In this document: positions 24,273 to 34,308 of the stretch, piece by piece
Layout of the letters: each line of letters opens with the position of its first letter
Position numbering within the stretch: position 1 is the first letter of the stretch
Source of the DNA: a virus
Lineage: Duplodnaviria; Heunggongvirae; Uroviricota; Caudoviricetes
DNA: 45,751 nt
Reading direction: 5' to 3' (one strand)
Virus record (IMG/VR): IMGVR_UViG_2537561830_000004
Program-made: the position numbers and the translations under genes
The notes under the pieces: generated by a model
The model's database searches: none
What the model was told of the DNA's origin: nothing
Seen by the model: only the letters and a program-made list of their open reading frames with translations

Positions 24273-26277
24273 CCGCAGTACACCGACGACCAGTCCGAAG
24301 AATAATTCCTGGTTCAGGATGCAGGCTGGTCACCAGAGTGACGCGGATATTTATATTTATGACGAGATTGGTTTCTGGGGGGTTACAGCGAAGCAGTTTA
24401 TCAGTGATCTGAATGCACTGGGCGATATCACCCACATTAATCTCCATATCAATTCACCGGGTGGCGATGTCTTTGAAGGCATCGCCATTTTTAATGCGCT
24501 GAAAACACATGGTGCGTCCATTACCGTTTATGTCGACGGTGTGGCGGCATCAATGGCGTCGGTCATTGCGATGGTGGGAAACCCGGTCATTATGCCGGAA
24601 AACACCTTCATGATGATTCATAAACCATTTGGCTTTACGGGCGGTGATGCGGAGGACATGCGCACCTATGCCGACCTGCTCGATAAAGTTGAGGCGGTTC
24701 TGTTACCCGCTTATGCACAGAAAACCGGGAAAACCACCGATGAAATTGCTGCCATGCTGGCGGATGAGACCTGGATGTCCGGTGCCGAATGTCTGGCACA
24801 TGGATTTGCTGATCAGGTGACGCCAGCCGTTAAGGCAATGGCATGTATTCAGTCAAAACGTACAGAGGAATTTAAAAAGATGCCGGAATCCATTCGAAAC
24901 ATGATTACTCCGCCACGCAACAGTGCTCCACGCGTACAGGATAATGAACCTGCAGCTTCCCGGACGCCAGTGCAGGCAGCAGCACCCGTGGTGGATGAAA
25001 ACAGTATCCGTGCGCAGGTACTGGCAGAGCAAAAAGCGCGTGTAAACGGTATTAATGATCTGTTTGCCATGTTTGGCGGGCGTTATCAGACGCTGCAGGC
25101 TCAGTGTCTTGCCGATCCTGAATGTTCGCTGGAGCAGGCCCGCGAAAAGCTGTTGAACGAGATGGGGCGCGAGTCCACGCCATCCAATAAAAATACCCCG
25201 GCTCATATTTATGCCGGTAACGGTAATTTTGTGGGGGACGGGATCCGCCAGGCGCTGATGGCGCGTGCCGGATTTGAAAAAACCGAACGTGATAATGTCT
25301 ACAACGGGATGACCCTGCGTGAATATGCCCGTATGTCACTGACTGAACGGGGTATTGGGGTTTCCAGTTATAACCCGATGCAGATGGTCGGTGCGGCGTT
25401 CACACACAGTACGTCTGACTTCGGTAATATTCTGCTGGATGTTGCGAACAAAGCCATTCTGCAGGGCTGGGAAGATGCCCCTGAAACCTATGAACAGTGG
25501 ACGCGGAAAGGTCAGTTGTCTGATTTTAAAATTGCCCATCGTGTGGGTATGGGGGGCTTCAGTGCTCTGCGTCAGGTGCGTGAAGGGGCGGAATATAAAT
25601 ACGTCACCACCGGAGATAAACAGGCCACTATTGCACTGGCGACCTATGGCGAGCTGTTCAGTATCACCCGTCAGGCCATTATCAATGATGATCTGAATAT
25701 GCTGACCGATGTCCCGATGAAACTGGGCCGTGCGGCGAAATCCACTATTGCCGATCTGGTTTATGCCATTCTGACGTCTAACCCGAAAATCTCCACAGAT
25801 AATGTAAGTCTGTTCGATAAAGCGAAACATGCAAACGTACTGGAGAGCGCTGCAATGGACGTGGCATCGCTGGATAAAGCCCGCCAGTTGATGCGCGTTC
25901 AGAAAGAGGGGGAGCGTCATCTGAATATTCGTCCTGCGTTCGTACTGGTACCGACGGCGATGGAGTCTGTTGCTAACCAGGTCATTCGCTCCTCAAGTGT
26001 CAAGGGGGCTGACATTAACGCCGGTATTATTAACCCGGTGAAAGATTTTGCGACCGTTATTGCAGAGCCTCGTCTTGATGATAACAGCCTGACCACCTTC
26101 TACCTGGCTGCGTCAAAAGGCTCCGATACGATTGAAGTGGCTTATCTCAACGGTGTGGATACGCCATATATTGATCAGATGGAGGGCTTCAGTGTGGATG
26201 GCGTGACAACGAAAGTGCGTATTGACGCCGGTGTCGCGCCAGTTGATCACCGCGGTCTGGTGAAATGTACGGCGTAA
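24250..26277 (+). CDS. prohead protease (ClpP/S14-like) fused to major capsid protein
   Basis: about 675 aa from GTG at 24250 (AAAGGAGG RBS); N-terminal INSPGGDV...ASMAS ClpP-like motifs, capsid-like C-terminal region. Confidence 0.75.
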   Translation: MPQRNDSSRSTPTTSPKNNSWFRMQAGHQSDADIYIYDEIGFWGVTAKQFISDLNALGDITHINLHINSPGGDVFEGIAIFNALKTHGASITVYVDGVAASMASVIAMVGNPVIMPENTFMMIHKPFGFTGGDAEDMRTYADLLDKVEAVLLPAYAQKTGKTTDEIAAMLADETWMSGAECLAHGFADQVTPAVKAMACIQSKRTEEFKKMPESIRNMITPPRNSAPRVQDNEPAASRTPVQAAAPVVDENSIRAQVLAEQKARVNGINDLFAMFGGRYQTLQAQCLADPECSLEQAREKLLNEMGRESTPSNKNTPAHIYAGNGNFVGDGIRQALMARAGFEKTERDNVYNGMTLREYARMSLTERGIGVSSYNPMQMVGAAFTHSTSDFGNILLDVANKAILQGWEDAPETYEQWTRKGQLSDFKIAHRVGMGGFSALRQVREGAEYKYVTTGDKQATIALATYGELFSITRQAIINDDLNMLTDVPMKLGRAAKSTIADLVYAILTSNPKISTDNVSLFDKAKHANVLESAAMDVASLDKARQLMRVQKEGERHLNIRPAFVLVPTAMESVANQVIRSSSVKGADINAGIINPVKDFATVIAEPRLDDNSLTTFYLAASKGSDTIEVAYLNGVDTPYIDQMEGFSVDGVTTKVRIDAGVAPVDHRGLVKCTA

Positions 26278-26299
26278 ACGTCGCAGACAACAACTCTGA

Positions 26300-26320
26300 T
26301 GGCCCGTAAGGGCTTTTTTT
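26300..26320 (+). terminator. weak intrinsic terminator after capsid gene
   Basis: GGCCC-GTAA-GGGCT hairpin followed by TTTTTTT. Confidence 0.35.
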
Positions 26321-26363
26321 GTACCTGAAATCAGCCCCTGAACGGGGCTGTGCGGAGACAGTT

Positions 26364-26687
26364 ATGGCAAAGAATTTTGTAGAAGAAGGAAAAACGGTGG
26401 CGATTGTTGCCAGTGCAGCCATCAGCAGTGGAGATCTGGTGCAGGTGGGTGATGTTTTTGCGGTAGCGCTGACCGATATTCCACAGGGTGAAACAGGCGA
26501 CGGCCTGACCGAAGGTGTGTTTATGCTGCCTAAGCTGAAAACGGATGACATGAAAACGGGTAAGAAGGTTTATCTGAAGTCCGGAAAAGTTCAGTTGACT
26601 AACAGCGGCTCTGATCCGCTGGTCGGGGTTGTCTGGGCAGATGCCGGAACCAGTGCAGAAGAAGTGCCGGTAAAACTCAATGTCTGA
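26364..26687 (+). CDS. putative head decoration/cement protein (DUF2190-like)
   Basis: about 107 aa from the ATG at 26364; position between capsid and connector genes. Confidence 0.45.
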   Translation: MAKNFVEEGKTVAIVASAAISSGDLVQVGDVFAVALTDIPQGETGDGLTEGVFMLPKLKTDDMKTGKKVYLKSGKVQLTNSGSDPLVGVVWADAGTSAEEVPVKLNV

Positions 26688-26955
26688 TCCCTTTTCCCGG
26701 CTGGCAGCGCGTATGGATGCGATCACGGTCAGAAAGATGGGAAAGACAGCCTCGATTAATGATGTCGATATGACTGTGATCCCGGGAGAAACACTGGCAG
26801 AGCTGAATGCTCTGTCCGGACCTGCGGTCTCTCTGGTGGTGTTTTCTTCGGGATACCGCCCACGGCGCGGGGATCGCGTTGTTTATGACGGACAACAATG
26901 GACGGTCACACGGCATGAACGCTTTAACGGTAAGCCAATGATCTTTATTGAGTAA
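26680..26955 (+). CDS. head-tail connector protein (gpFII-like)
   Basis: 91 aa; position and size as lambda FII. Confidence 0.55.
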   Translation: MSDPFSRLAARMDAITVRKMGKTASINDVDMTVIPGETLAELNALSGPAVSLVVFSSGYRPRRGDRVVYDGQQWTVTRHERFNGKPMIFIE

Positions 26956-26966
26956 AGAGGTGTGGG

Positions 26967-27557
26967 ATGAAGGGGCTTGAGAATGCTATCCGCAATCTGA
27001 ACAGCCTTGATACCCGTATGGTGCCACAGGCCAGCGCATGGGCGATAAACCGTGTGGCACAGAAAGCGGTCTCGGTTGCCACCCGGCAGGTTGCCGGGAA
27101 TACCGTTGCGGGAGATAACCAGGTGAAAGGGATCCCCCTGAAACTGGTACGTCAGCGTGTCCGGGTGTTTAAAGCCAGTCCGTCAGGAAAAATGACGGCC
27201 AGGATCCGCGTTAACCGGGGCAATCTGCCCACCATCAAGCTGAACACAACACGGCGGCGTGCTGGTGAAGGATTGAGAGTGGGAAAATACTTTTTCCGGG
27301 GGGCATTTATTCAGCAACTGGCGAATGGCCGCTGGCATGTTCTGAGGCGTCTTCCTGAAGCGCGTTTTGCAACAGGGCATGACCATCAGGGCAGGCCAAG
27401 AAAAAATCGTCTTCCTGTGGAGGTAGTGAAAATCCCGCTGTCCGGACCGCTGACACAGGCATTTGAAGATGCCCGCGACCGCATCATTGCTGCGGAAATG
27501 CCGAAACAGCTGGGGTATGCACTGAAACAACAACTGAGGTTATGGCTGACCCGATGA
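26967..27557 (+). CDS. tail completion protein (gpZ-like)
   Basis: 196 aa; position immediately upstream of U. Confidence 0.55.
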   Translation: MKGLENAIRNLNSLDTRMVPQASAWAINRVAQKAVSVATRQVAGNTVAGDNQVKGIPLKLVRQRVRVFKASPSGKMTARIRVNRGNLPTIKLNTTRRRAGEGLRVGKYFFRGAFIQQLANGRWHVLRRLPEARFATGHDHQGRPRKNRLPVEVVKIPLSGPLTQAFEDARDRIIAAEMPKQLGYALKQQLRLWLTR

Positions 27558-27955
27558 ACCGACATACACAAATCCGCCAGGTCGTACTGGCACGCCTTCG
27601 GAAACAGTGTGGAGACAGCGCCACGTTTTTTGACGGGCTTCCGGCATTTGTTGATGCGCAGGAACTGCCTGCCGTGGCGGTGTGGCTGAGTGATGCTCAG
27701 TACACCGGAAAAATGACGGATGAAGATGACTGGCAGGCTGTTCTGCATATTGCTGTCTTCATCCGGGCACAGGCACCGGATTCAGAGCTGGATATGTGGA
27801 TGGAGAGCACCATTTTCCCGGCCCTGAATGATATACCGGCACTTTCCGGACTCATCGACACCCTGATCCCACTCGGTTTTAACTATCAACGTGATAATGA
27901 GATGGCCACCTGGGCGATGGCGGAAATCACGTACCAGATCACGTACACGAATTAA
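27542..27955 (+). CDS. U: tail terminator protein U
   Basis: 137 aa; ATFFDGLPAF...PAVAVWLSDAQYTG...PDSELDMWMES...IPALSGLI closely matches recalled lambda gpU. Confidence 0.85.
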   Translation: MADPMNRHTQIRQVVLARLRKQCGDSATFFDGLPAFVDAQELPAVAVWLSDAQYTGKMTDEDDWQAVLHIAVFIRAQAPDSELDMWMESTIFPALNDIPALSGLIDTLIPLGFNYQRDNEMATWAMAEITYQITYTN

Positions 27956-27965
27956 GGAGGTGGTA

Positions 27966-28709
27966 ATGACCACACCAAATCCACTGGCAAAAACGAAAGG
28001 TGCGGGAACGACGTTCTGGATGTATACCGGCAACGGCGATGCGTTTGCGAACCCTTTGTCGGACACTGACTGGTTGCGTCTTGCGATGGTGAAGGATCTG
28101 CAACCTGGCGAAATGACCGCTGATGCAGAAGATGACACTTATCTCGATGATGAAGATGCAGACTGGAAAACGACAACCCAGGGGCAGAAATCCGTCGGTG
28201 ATACTTCGGCGACGCTGGCCTGGCGTCCGGGGGACAGCGGGCAGAAAAAACTGGTTCAGTTGTTCGACTCCGGTGAAGTCTGCGCGTTTCGTATCAAATA
28301 TCCCAACGGTACTGTTGATGTTTTCCGTGGCTGGCTGAGTTCACTGGGTAAAACCATTGCCTCAAAAGACGTGATGACCCGCACCGTGAAAATCAGCGGT
28401 GTGGGGCGTCCGTATCTGGCAGAGGAAGGCACTGAAACCGTGGGCGTTACCGGGCTGACGGTGGCACCGGCATCTGCCAGTGTAAAAGTGGGAGCAACCA
28501 CCACGCTGACCTTTACAGTAAAACCTGACGGAGCCAGTGACAAAGCGATCAGTGTGCATTCGACAGATCCACAGACTGCCACGGTGACCCTGAACGGGCT
28601 TGTGGCCACGGTGAAAGGCGTGAAGCAGGGCAGTGTCAGCATTGTGGGCATGACTTCTGACGGCGATTTTGTGGCAGTGGCTACGGTGGCTGTCAGCGCC
28701 GCAGGTTAA
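27966..28709 (+). CDS. V: major tail protein V
   Basis: about 247 aa; KGAGTTFWMY...ANPLSDTDW...YLDDEDADW...TVDVFRGWLSS matches recalled lambda gpV, with C-terminal Ig-like domain. Confidence 0.9.
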   Translation: MTTPNPLAKTKGAGTTFWMYTGNGDAFANPLSDTDWLRLAMVKDLQPGEMTADAEDDTYLDDEDADWKTTTQGQKSVGDTSATLAWRPGDSGQKKLVQLFDSGEVCAFRIKYPNGTVDVFRGWLSSLGKTIASKDVMTRTVKISGVGRPYLAEEGTETVGVTGLTVAPASASVKVGATTTLTFTVKPDGASDKAISVHSTDPQTATVTLNGLVATVKGVKQGSVSIVGMTSDGDFVAVATVAVSAAG

Positions 28710-28729
28710 CAGGACGATACTCATCATTT

Positions 28730-28754
28730 GCCCCGGTTATCCGGGGCTTTTTTG
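28730..28754 (+). terminator. intrinsic terminator/attenuator between V and G
   Basis: GCCCCGG-TTAT-CCGGGGC followed by TTTTTT. Confidence 0.55.
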
Positions 28755-28766
28755 CAGGTGGAGAAC

Positions 28767-29156
28767 ATGATGTTTCTGAAACAGGGCACGTTTAATTATG
28801 AAAAACAGTCCGTGGTGCTCAGTGAGCTGTCCGGGCTGCAGAGAATTGAATATCTGGCGTTTGTTCAGCAGCGAACGGCAAAGTTTGATGCCGGGGAGGG
28901 AGAACTGCCGGAGGCTGAACGACAGATTGCTTTTCTGCGGATGGGGATGGATATCAATGCCTGGCTGGTTTCCCGCTCACTGTGGAATGCGGATCAGTCT
29001 AAGGATGTAGAGACGCTTTGCGCATCCGTTATTACAACATGGTCGTATGATGCCCTGGGTGCGGGGGCGGAGATGGTTCTGTCGCTGAGCGGTATGGGGG
29101 CCATTGATAATGCCGGGGATGATGAGCATGAGGCGCTGACGCCGGAAAAGTCCTGA
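28767..29156 (+). CDS. G: tail assembly chaperone G
   Basis: GGTGGAG RBS then ATG at 28767; about 129 aa; MFLKQGTFNYEKQSVVLSELSGLQRIE resembles lambda gpG N-terminus. Confidence 0.8.
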   Translation: MMFLKQGTFNYEKQSVVLSELSGLQRIEYLAFVQQRTAKFDAGEGELPEAERQIAFLRMGMDINAWLVSRSLWNADQSKDVETLCASVITTWSYDALGAGAEMVLSLSGMGAIDNAGDDEHEALTPEKS

Positions 29157-29494
29157 CGCGGGAAATGCAGTTTGTCATGCGGCTTGCCCGGGAGTTCCGG
29201 CGGGCAGACTGGCGGCGGATGCTGTCGGAAATGTCGGCCACTGAGCTTGGTGAGTGGGGCGATTATTTCCGGATGCAGAGCTTCAGTGATGTGTGGATGG
29301 ATGCGCAGTTTGCCTCGCTGAAGGCATTGATCGTGAGAATGGTGTCCGGCAGCAGTGATGCTGCGGTGGCTGATTTCAGCCTTTTACCGGAAGAGAACGG
29401 GATACCGGAGCGAACGGACGAAGAACTGATGCATCTTGGAGAAGGTATTTCCGGAGGTGTGCGTTATGGACCAGATAGCCAACCTGGTCATTGA
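29132..29494 (+). CDS. T: T portion of G-T tail assembly chaperone, expressed by -1 frameshift from G
   Basis: the -1 frame is open from 29132 and overlaps the last 8 codons of G; ORF continues to 29494. Confidence 0.7.
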   Translation, partial: GADAGKVLTREMQFVMRLAREFRRADWRRMLSEMSATELGEWGDYFRMQSFSDVWMDAQFASLKALIVRMVSGSSDAAVADFSLLPEENGIPERTDEELMHLGEGISGGVRYGPDSQPGH

Positions 29495-32400
29495 TTTGGG
29501 GATTGATGCGGCAGAGTTTAAAAATGAAATTCCCCGTATCAAAAACCTTCTGAATGGTGCCGCCAGCGATGCAGAACGGTCTTCTGCCCGTATGCAGCGT
29601 TTTATGGAGCGTCAGACTCAGGCCGCCCGGCAGACAACGCAGGCGGCTTCTTCGGCTGCAACAGCCGCCTCCGTCCATGCGCAGACGGTGGAGAAGAACG
29701 CACAGGCTCATGAACGCATGGCCCGCGAGGTGGAGAAAACCCGCCAGCGCATGGAGGCGCTGAGCCAGAAAATGCGCGATGAACAGGCGCAGGCCATGGC
29801 TCTGGCGGAGGCTCAGGATAAAGCGGCTGCTGCGTTTTATCGTCAGATTGACAGTGTGAAACAGGCCAGTGCGGGGCTGCAGGAATTACAGCGTATTCAG
29901 CAGCAGATCCGACAGGCCAGAAACAGTGGCGGGATTGGTCAGCAGGATTATCTGGCGCTGATTTCTGAGGTTACGGCGAAAACCCGTGTTCTTACACAGG
30001 CTGAGGAAGAGGCTACCCGACAGAAAGTGGCGTTTATCCGTCAGCTTAAAGAGCAGGCAACCCGCCAGAATCTTTCTTCTTCTGAGTTGCTTCGTGCTAA
30101 GGCTGCCCAGCTGGGGGTAAGCAGTGCTGCAGAAGTGTATATCCGCAAAATGGAGCAGGCAGGAAAAGCCACGCATTCGCTGGGTCTGAAAAGTGCAGCG
30201 GCCCGCCAGGAGATAGGCGTTCTGATAGGTGAACTGGCTCGCGGCAATTTAGGTGCGCTGAGGGGATCCGGGATAACGCTGGCTAACCGTGCCGGATGGA
30301 TAGACACACTGATGTCACCGAAAGGCATGATGCTGGGCGGGGTTATTGGCGGTATTGCCGCGGCCGTCTATGGTCTGGGTAAAGCCTGGTATGACGGTCA
30401 GAAGGAGGGGGAAGAATTTAACCGCCAGTTGTCGCTGACGGGGCATTATGCCGGAGTCACTGCCGGGCAGCTGTGGACGCTCAGTCGTGCTATTTCCGGG
30501 AATGGTATCACGCAACATGCTGCAGCCGGTGCGCTGGCTCAGGTGGTGGGGAGTGGTGCATTTCGTGGAAACGATATCGGTATGGTGGCGAGAGCTGCCG
30601 CACAGATGGAGCGATCGGTTGGCCAGTCGGTCAGCGATACCATAAGTCAGTTTAAGCGGCTGAAGGATGATCCTGTAAATGCCGCGAAGGCTCTGGACAA
30701 TGAGCTGCATTTTCTTACTGCCACTCAGCTTGAGCAGATACGCGTCCTTGGGGAACAGGGGCGGTCCAGTGATGCGGCACGGATAGCCATGTCTGCACTG
30801 GCAGAGGAAACCGGTCGGCGTACTGCGGATATTGATAATAACCTCAATGCGCTGGGCAGTACGCTGAAGTATCTGTCTGATTTATGGAGTCGTTTCTGGG
30901 ATGCGGCCATGAATATTGGTCGTGAAGACTCGCTGGATGAACAGATTTCCGCTTTACAGGAGAAAGTGTCGCGGGCGAAAAGACTCCCCTGGACGGCATC
31001 ATCTTCTCAGGTTGAGTACGATCAGCAGCGTCTTAACGAGCTTCAGGAGAAAAAACGCCAGAAGGATTTGCAGGATGCAAAAGAGCAGGCAGAGCGGAAT
31101 TATCAGGAGCAACAGAAACGCCGTAATGCTGAAAATGCTGCACTGAACCGGATGAATGAAACGGAAGCAGCACGACATCAGCGTGAAATTGCGCGTATTA
31201 ATGCCATGCAGTACGCCGATCAGGCTGTCAGGGATGCGGCGATACAACGTGAAAATGAACGTTACGAGAAAGCCCTGGCATCCGGTAAGAAAAAAACACG
31301 CGAAACCCGTAATGATGAGGCCACCCGGTTATTGCTGCAGTACAGTCAGCAACAGGCACAGGTGGAAGGACAGATTGCTGCTGCAAGACAGTCAGCAGGC
31401 ATTGCCACTGACAGGATGACAGAAGCGCATAAACAGCTTCTGGCTCTGCAGCAGCGCATCAGCGATCTGGACGGGAAAAAACTGACGGCAGATGAAAAGA
31501 GTGTGCTGGCCCGTAAAGATGAACTGATTCAGGCACTGACGCTGCTGGATGTAAAACAGCAGGAGCTTCAGAAACAGACGGCACTCAACGATCTGAAGAA
31601 AAAAACAATTCAGCTGACCAGTCAACTGGCTGAAGAAGAGCGCGCTCAGCGCCAGCAACATGACCTGGATATCGCCACGGTGGGTATGGGTGATCAGCAG
31701 CGGCAGCGATATCAGGTACAACTGAGTCTTCGCCAGAAATACCAGCAACAGCTGGAGCAGTTGAGGCGGGATAGTGAGCAGAAAGGAACATATAACACGG
31801 ATGACTACAGAAAGGCCGAGCAGGCGCTGACGGAGAGCCTGAACCGACAACTGAATGAGAATCGCCGTTATTGGCAACAGCTTGAAATTGCTCAGGGTGA
31901 CTGGAAAAACGGAGTCCTGCGTGCACTCCAGAATGTCACTGAGAAAGCGGATAACACAGCCGGGACAGTGGAACAGTTGTTCACGTCTGCGTTCAGTAGC
32001 ATGAGTGACTGGCTGGCGACATTCTGTACTACAGGCAAACTCAATTTCAAATCCTTCACCTCTTCTGTGCTGTCAGATATGTCCAGAATCATGGCTCAGA
32101 TAGCTTTAATGAAAGCGGTAAAAGGTATTGCTTCCGCGCTGCCTTTTGATTTTGTAGCCAATGCTGATGGCGGTGTTTATCAGTCGGCTGATTTGAGTCG
32201 CTACAGTGGCACGGTGGTTAACCGTCCGACGTTTTTTGCTTTTGCAAAAGGCGCGGGTGTGATGGGGGAAGCTGGACCTGAAGCCATTCTGCCACTGCGT
32301 CGTGGTGCTGACGGTAAGCTGGGGGTTGTGGCGGATATTGGTGGTTCAGGTATGGCGATGTTTGCCCCGCAGTACAACATCGAGATCAATAACGATGGCA

Positions 32401-32522
32401 CGAACGGGCAGATAGGTCCGGCTGCCCTGAAGGTGGTTTATGACCTTGGGAAAAAAGCGGCAGCGGACTTTATGCAACAGCAGGCCCGTGATGGTGGTCG
32501 GTTAAGTGGAGCATATCGGTAA
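29466..32522 (+). CDS. H: tail tape measure protein H
   Basis: about 1018 aa, coiled-coil rich with Q/A/E/R repeats; position after G-T. Confidence 0.9.
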   Translation: MDQIANLVIDLGIDAAEFKNEIPRIKNLLNGAASDAERSSARMQRFMERQTQAARQTTQAASSAATAASVHAQTVEKNAQAHERMAREVEKTRQRMEALSQKMRDEQAQAMALAEAQDKAAAAFYRQIDSVKQASAGLQELQRIQQQIRQARNSGGIGQQDYLALISEVTAKTRVLTQAEEEATRQKVAFIRQLKEQATRQNLSSSELLRAKAAQLGVSSAAEVYIRKMEQAGKATHSLGLKSAAARQEIGVLIGELARGNLGALRGSGITLANRAGWIDTLMSPKGMMLGGVIGGIAAAVYGLGKAWYDGQKEGEEFNRQLSLTGHYAGVTAGQLWTLSRAISGNGITQHAAAGALAQVVGSGAFRGNDIGMVARAAAQMERSVGQSVSDTISQFKRLKDDPVNAAKALDNELHFLTATQLEQIRVLGEQGRSSDAARIAMSALAEETGRRTADIDNNLNALGSTLKYLSDLWSRFWDAAMNIGREDSLDEQISALQEKVSRAKRLPWTASSSQVEYDQQRLNELQEKKRQKDLQDAKEQAERNYQEQQKRRNAENAALNRMNETEAARHQREIARINAMQYADQAVRDAAIQRENERYEKALASGKKKTRETRNDEATRLLLQYSQQQAQVEGQIAAARQSAGIATDRMTEAHKQLLALQQRISDLDGKKLTADEKSVLARKDELIQALTLLDVKQQELQKQTALNDLKKKTIQLTSQLAEEERAQRQQHDLDIATVGMGDQQRQRYQVQLSLRQKYQQQLEQLRRDSEQKGTYNTDDYRKAEQALTESLNRQLNENRRYWQQLEIAQGDWKNGVLRALQNVTEKADNTAGTVEQLFTSAFSSMSDWLATFCTTGKLNFKSFTSSVLSDMSRIMAQIALMKAVKGIASALPFDFVANADGGVYQSADLSRYSGTVVNRPTFFAFAKGAGVMGEAGPEAILPLRRGADGKLGVVADIGGSGMAMFAPQYNIEINNDGTNGQIGPAALKVVYDLGKKAAADFMQQQARDGGRLSGAYR

Positions 32523-32851
32523 TGGAGACGTTTCACTGGAAAGTGCGCCCGGATATGAATGTGGTATCAGAGCCGAAAGTGGTGACAGTGAAGCTGGGCG
32601 ATGGTTATGAACAGCGTCGTGCGGCGGGACTGAATAACCAGTTGTCGACTTACAGCGTGACGATACGTGTTCGTAAATGTGAACACCCATCTTTGAAAGC
32701 CTTTCTGGAACGGCACGGTGGCGTCCGCGCATTTCAGTGGACGCCACCTTATGACTGGAAGCCGATCAGGGTGGTTTGTCGTAAATGGTCGGCAAGCGTG
32801 GGGGCGCTGTGGGTAACCATAACGGCAGATTTTGAACAGGTCGTGGCATAG
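32522..32851 (+). CDS. M: minor tail protein M
   Basis: 109 aa; size and order as lambda M. Confidence 0.85.
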   Translation: METFHWKVRPDMNVVSEPKVVTVKLGDGYEQRRAAGLNNQLSTYSVTIRVRKCEHPSLKAFLERHGGVRAFQWTPPYDWKPIRVVCRKWSASVGALWVTITADFEQVVA

Positions 32852-32860
32852 GAGGCTCTG

Positions 32861-33559
32861 ATGCAGGATATTCCACAGGAAACACATCATGAGACGACAC
32901 GCCTCACTCAGTCAGCCCAGGTGGTGCTCTGGGAAATCGATCTGACAGAGGTCGGTGGTGAACGTTATTTTTTCTGTAATGAGCAGAACGAAAAAGGTGA
33001 GCCGGTTACCTGGCAGGGGCGGCAGTATCAGGCATACCCCATTCAGGGGACAGGATTTGAACTGAACGGCAAGGGCAGTGCTGCCCGTCCGACACTGACG
33101 GTTTCTAACCTGCACGGTATGGTCACCGGGATGGCGGAAGATCTGCAGAGTCTGGTCGGCGGAACGGTGGTCCGGCGTAAGGTTTACGCCCGTTTTCTGG
33201 ATGCGGTGAACTTCGTCAACGGAAACAGCGACGCCGATCCGGAGCAGGAGGTGATTAGCCGCTGGCGCATCGAGCAGTGCAGCGAACTGAGCGCGGTCAG
33301 TGCCTCCTTTGTACTGTCCACGCCGACTGAAACGGATGGTGCCGTTTTTCCGGGGCGCATCATGCTGGCTAATACCTGCACCTGGACCTATCGCGGTGAT
33401 GAGTGCGGTTATAACGGTCCGGCGGTCGCGGATGAATATGACCAGCCGACGTCCGATATCACGAAGGATAAATGCAGCAAATGCCTGAGTGGCTGTAAGT
33501 TTCGCAATAATGTCGGCAACTTTGGCGGCTTCCTTTCCATTAACAAACTTTCGCAGTAA
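32861..33559 (+). CDS. L: minor tail protein L
   Basis: 232 aa; size and order as lambda L. Confidence 0.85.
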   Translation: MQDIPQETHHETTRLTQSAQVVLWEIDLTEVGGERYFFCNEQNEKGEPVTWQGRQYQAYPIQGTGFELNGKGSAARPTLTVSNLHGMVTGMAEDLQSLVGGTVVRRKVYARFLDAVNFVNGNSDADPEQEVISRWRIEQCSELSAVSASFVLSTPTETDGAVFPGRIMLANTCTWTYRGDECGYNGPAVADEYDQPTSDITKDKCSKCLSGCKFRNNVGNFGGFLSINKLSQ

Positions 33560-33564
33560 ATCCC

Positions 33565-34308
33565 ATGACACAGACAGAATCAGCGATTCTGGCGCACGCC
33601 CGGCGATGTGCGCCAGCGGAGTCGTGCGGCTTCGTGGTAAGCACGCCGGAGGGGGAAAGATATTTCCCCTGCGTGAATATCTCCGGTGAGCCGGAGGCGT
33701 ATTTCCGTATGTCGCCGGAAGACTGGCTGCGGGCAGAAATGCAGGGTGAGATTGTGGCGCTGGTCCACAGCCACCCCGGTGGTCTGCCCTGGCTGAGTGA
33801 GGCTGACCGGCGGCTGCAGGTGCAGAGTGATTTGCCGTGGTGGCTGGTCTGCCGGGGTGAGATTCATAAATTCCGCTGTGTGCCGCATCTCACCGGGCGG
33901 CGCTTTGAGCACGGGGTGACGGACTGTTACACGCTGTTCCGGGATGCTTACCATCTGGCGGGGATTGAGATGCCGGATTTTCATCGCGGGGATGACTGGT
34001 GGCGTAACGGTCAGAATCTCTATCTGGATAATCTGGAGGCCACAGGGCTGTATCAGGTGCCGTTGTCAGCGGCGCAGCCGGGCGATGTGCTGCTGTGCTG
34101 TTTTGGTTCATCGGTGCCGAATCATGCCGCTATTTACTGCGGCGACGGCGAGCTGCTGCACCATATTCCTGAACAACTGAGCAAACGAGAGAGGTATACC
34201 GACAAATGGCAGCGACGCACACACTCCCTCTGGCGTCACCGGGCATGGCACGCATCTGCCTTTACGGGGATTTGCAACGATTTGGCCGCCGCATCGACCT
34301 TCGTGTGA
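33565..34308 (+). CDS. K: tail assembly protein K (MPN/JAB plus NlpC/P60-like)
   Basis: 247 aa; HSHP JAB-type motif and Cys-containing C-terminal domain. Confidence 0.8.
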   Translation: MTQTESAILAHARRCAPAESCGFVVSTPEGERYFPCVNISGEPEAYFRMSPEDWLRAEMQGEIVALVHSHPGGLPWLSEADRRLQVQSDLPWWLVCRGEIHKFRCVPHLTGRRFEHGVTDCYTLFRDAYHLAGIEMPDFHRGDDWWRNGQNLYLDNLEATGLYQVPLSAAQPGDVLLCCFGSSVPNHAAIYCGDGELLHHIPEQLSKRERYTDKWQRRTHSLWRHRAWHASAFTGICNDLAAASTFV

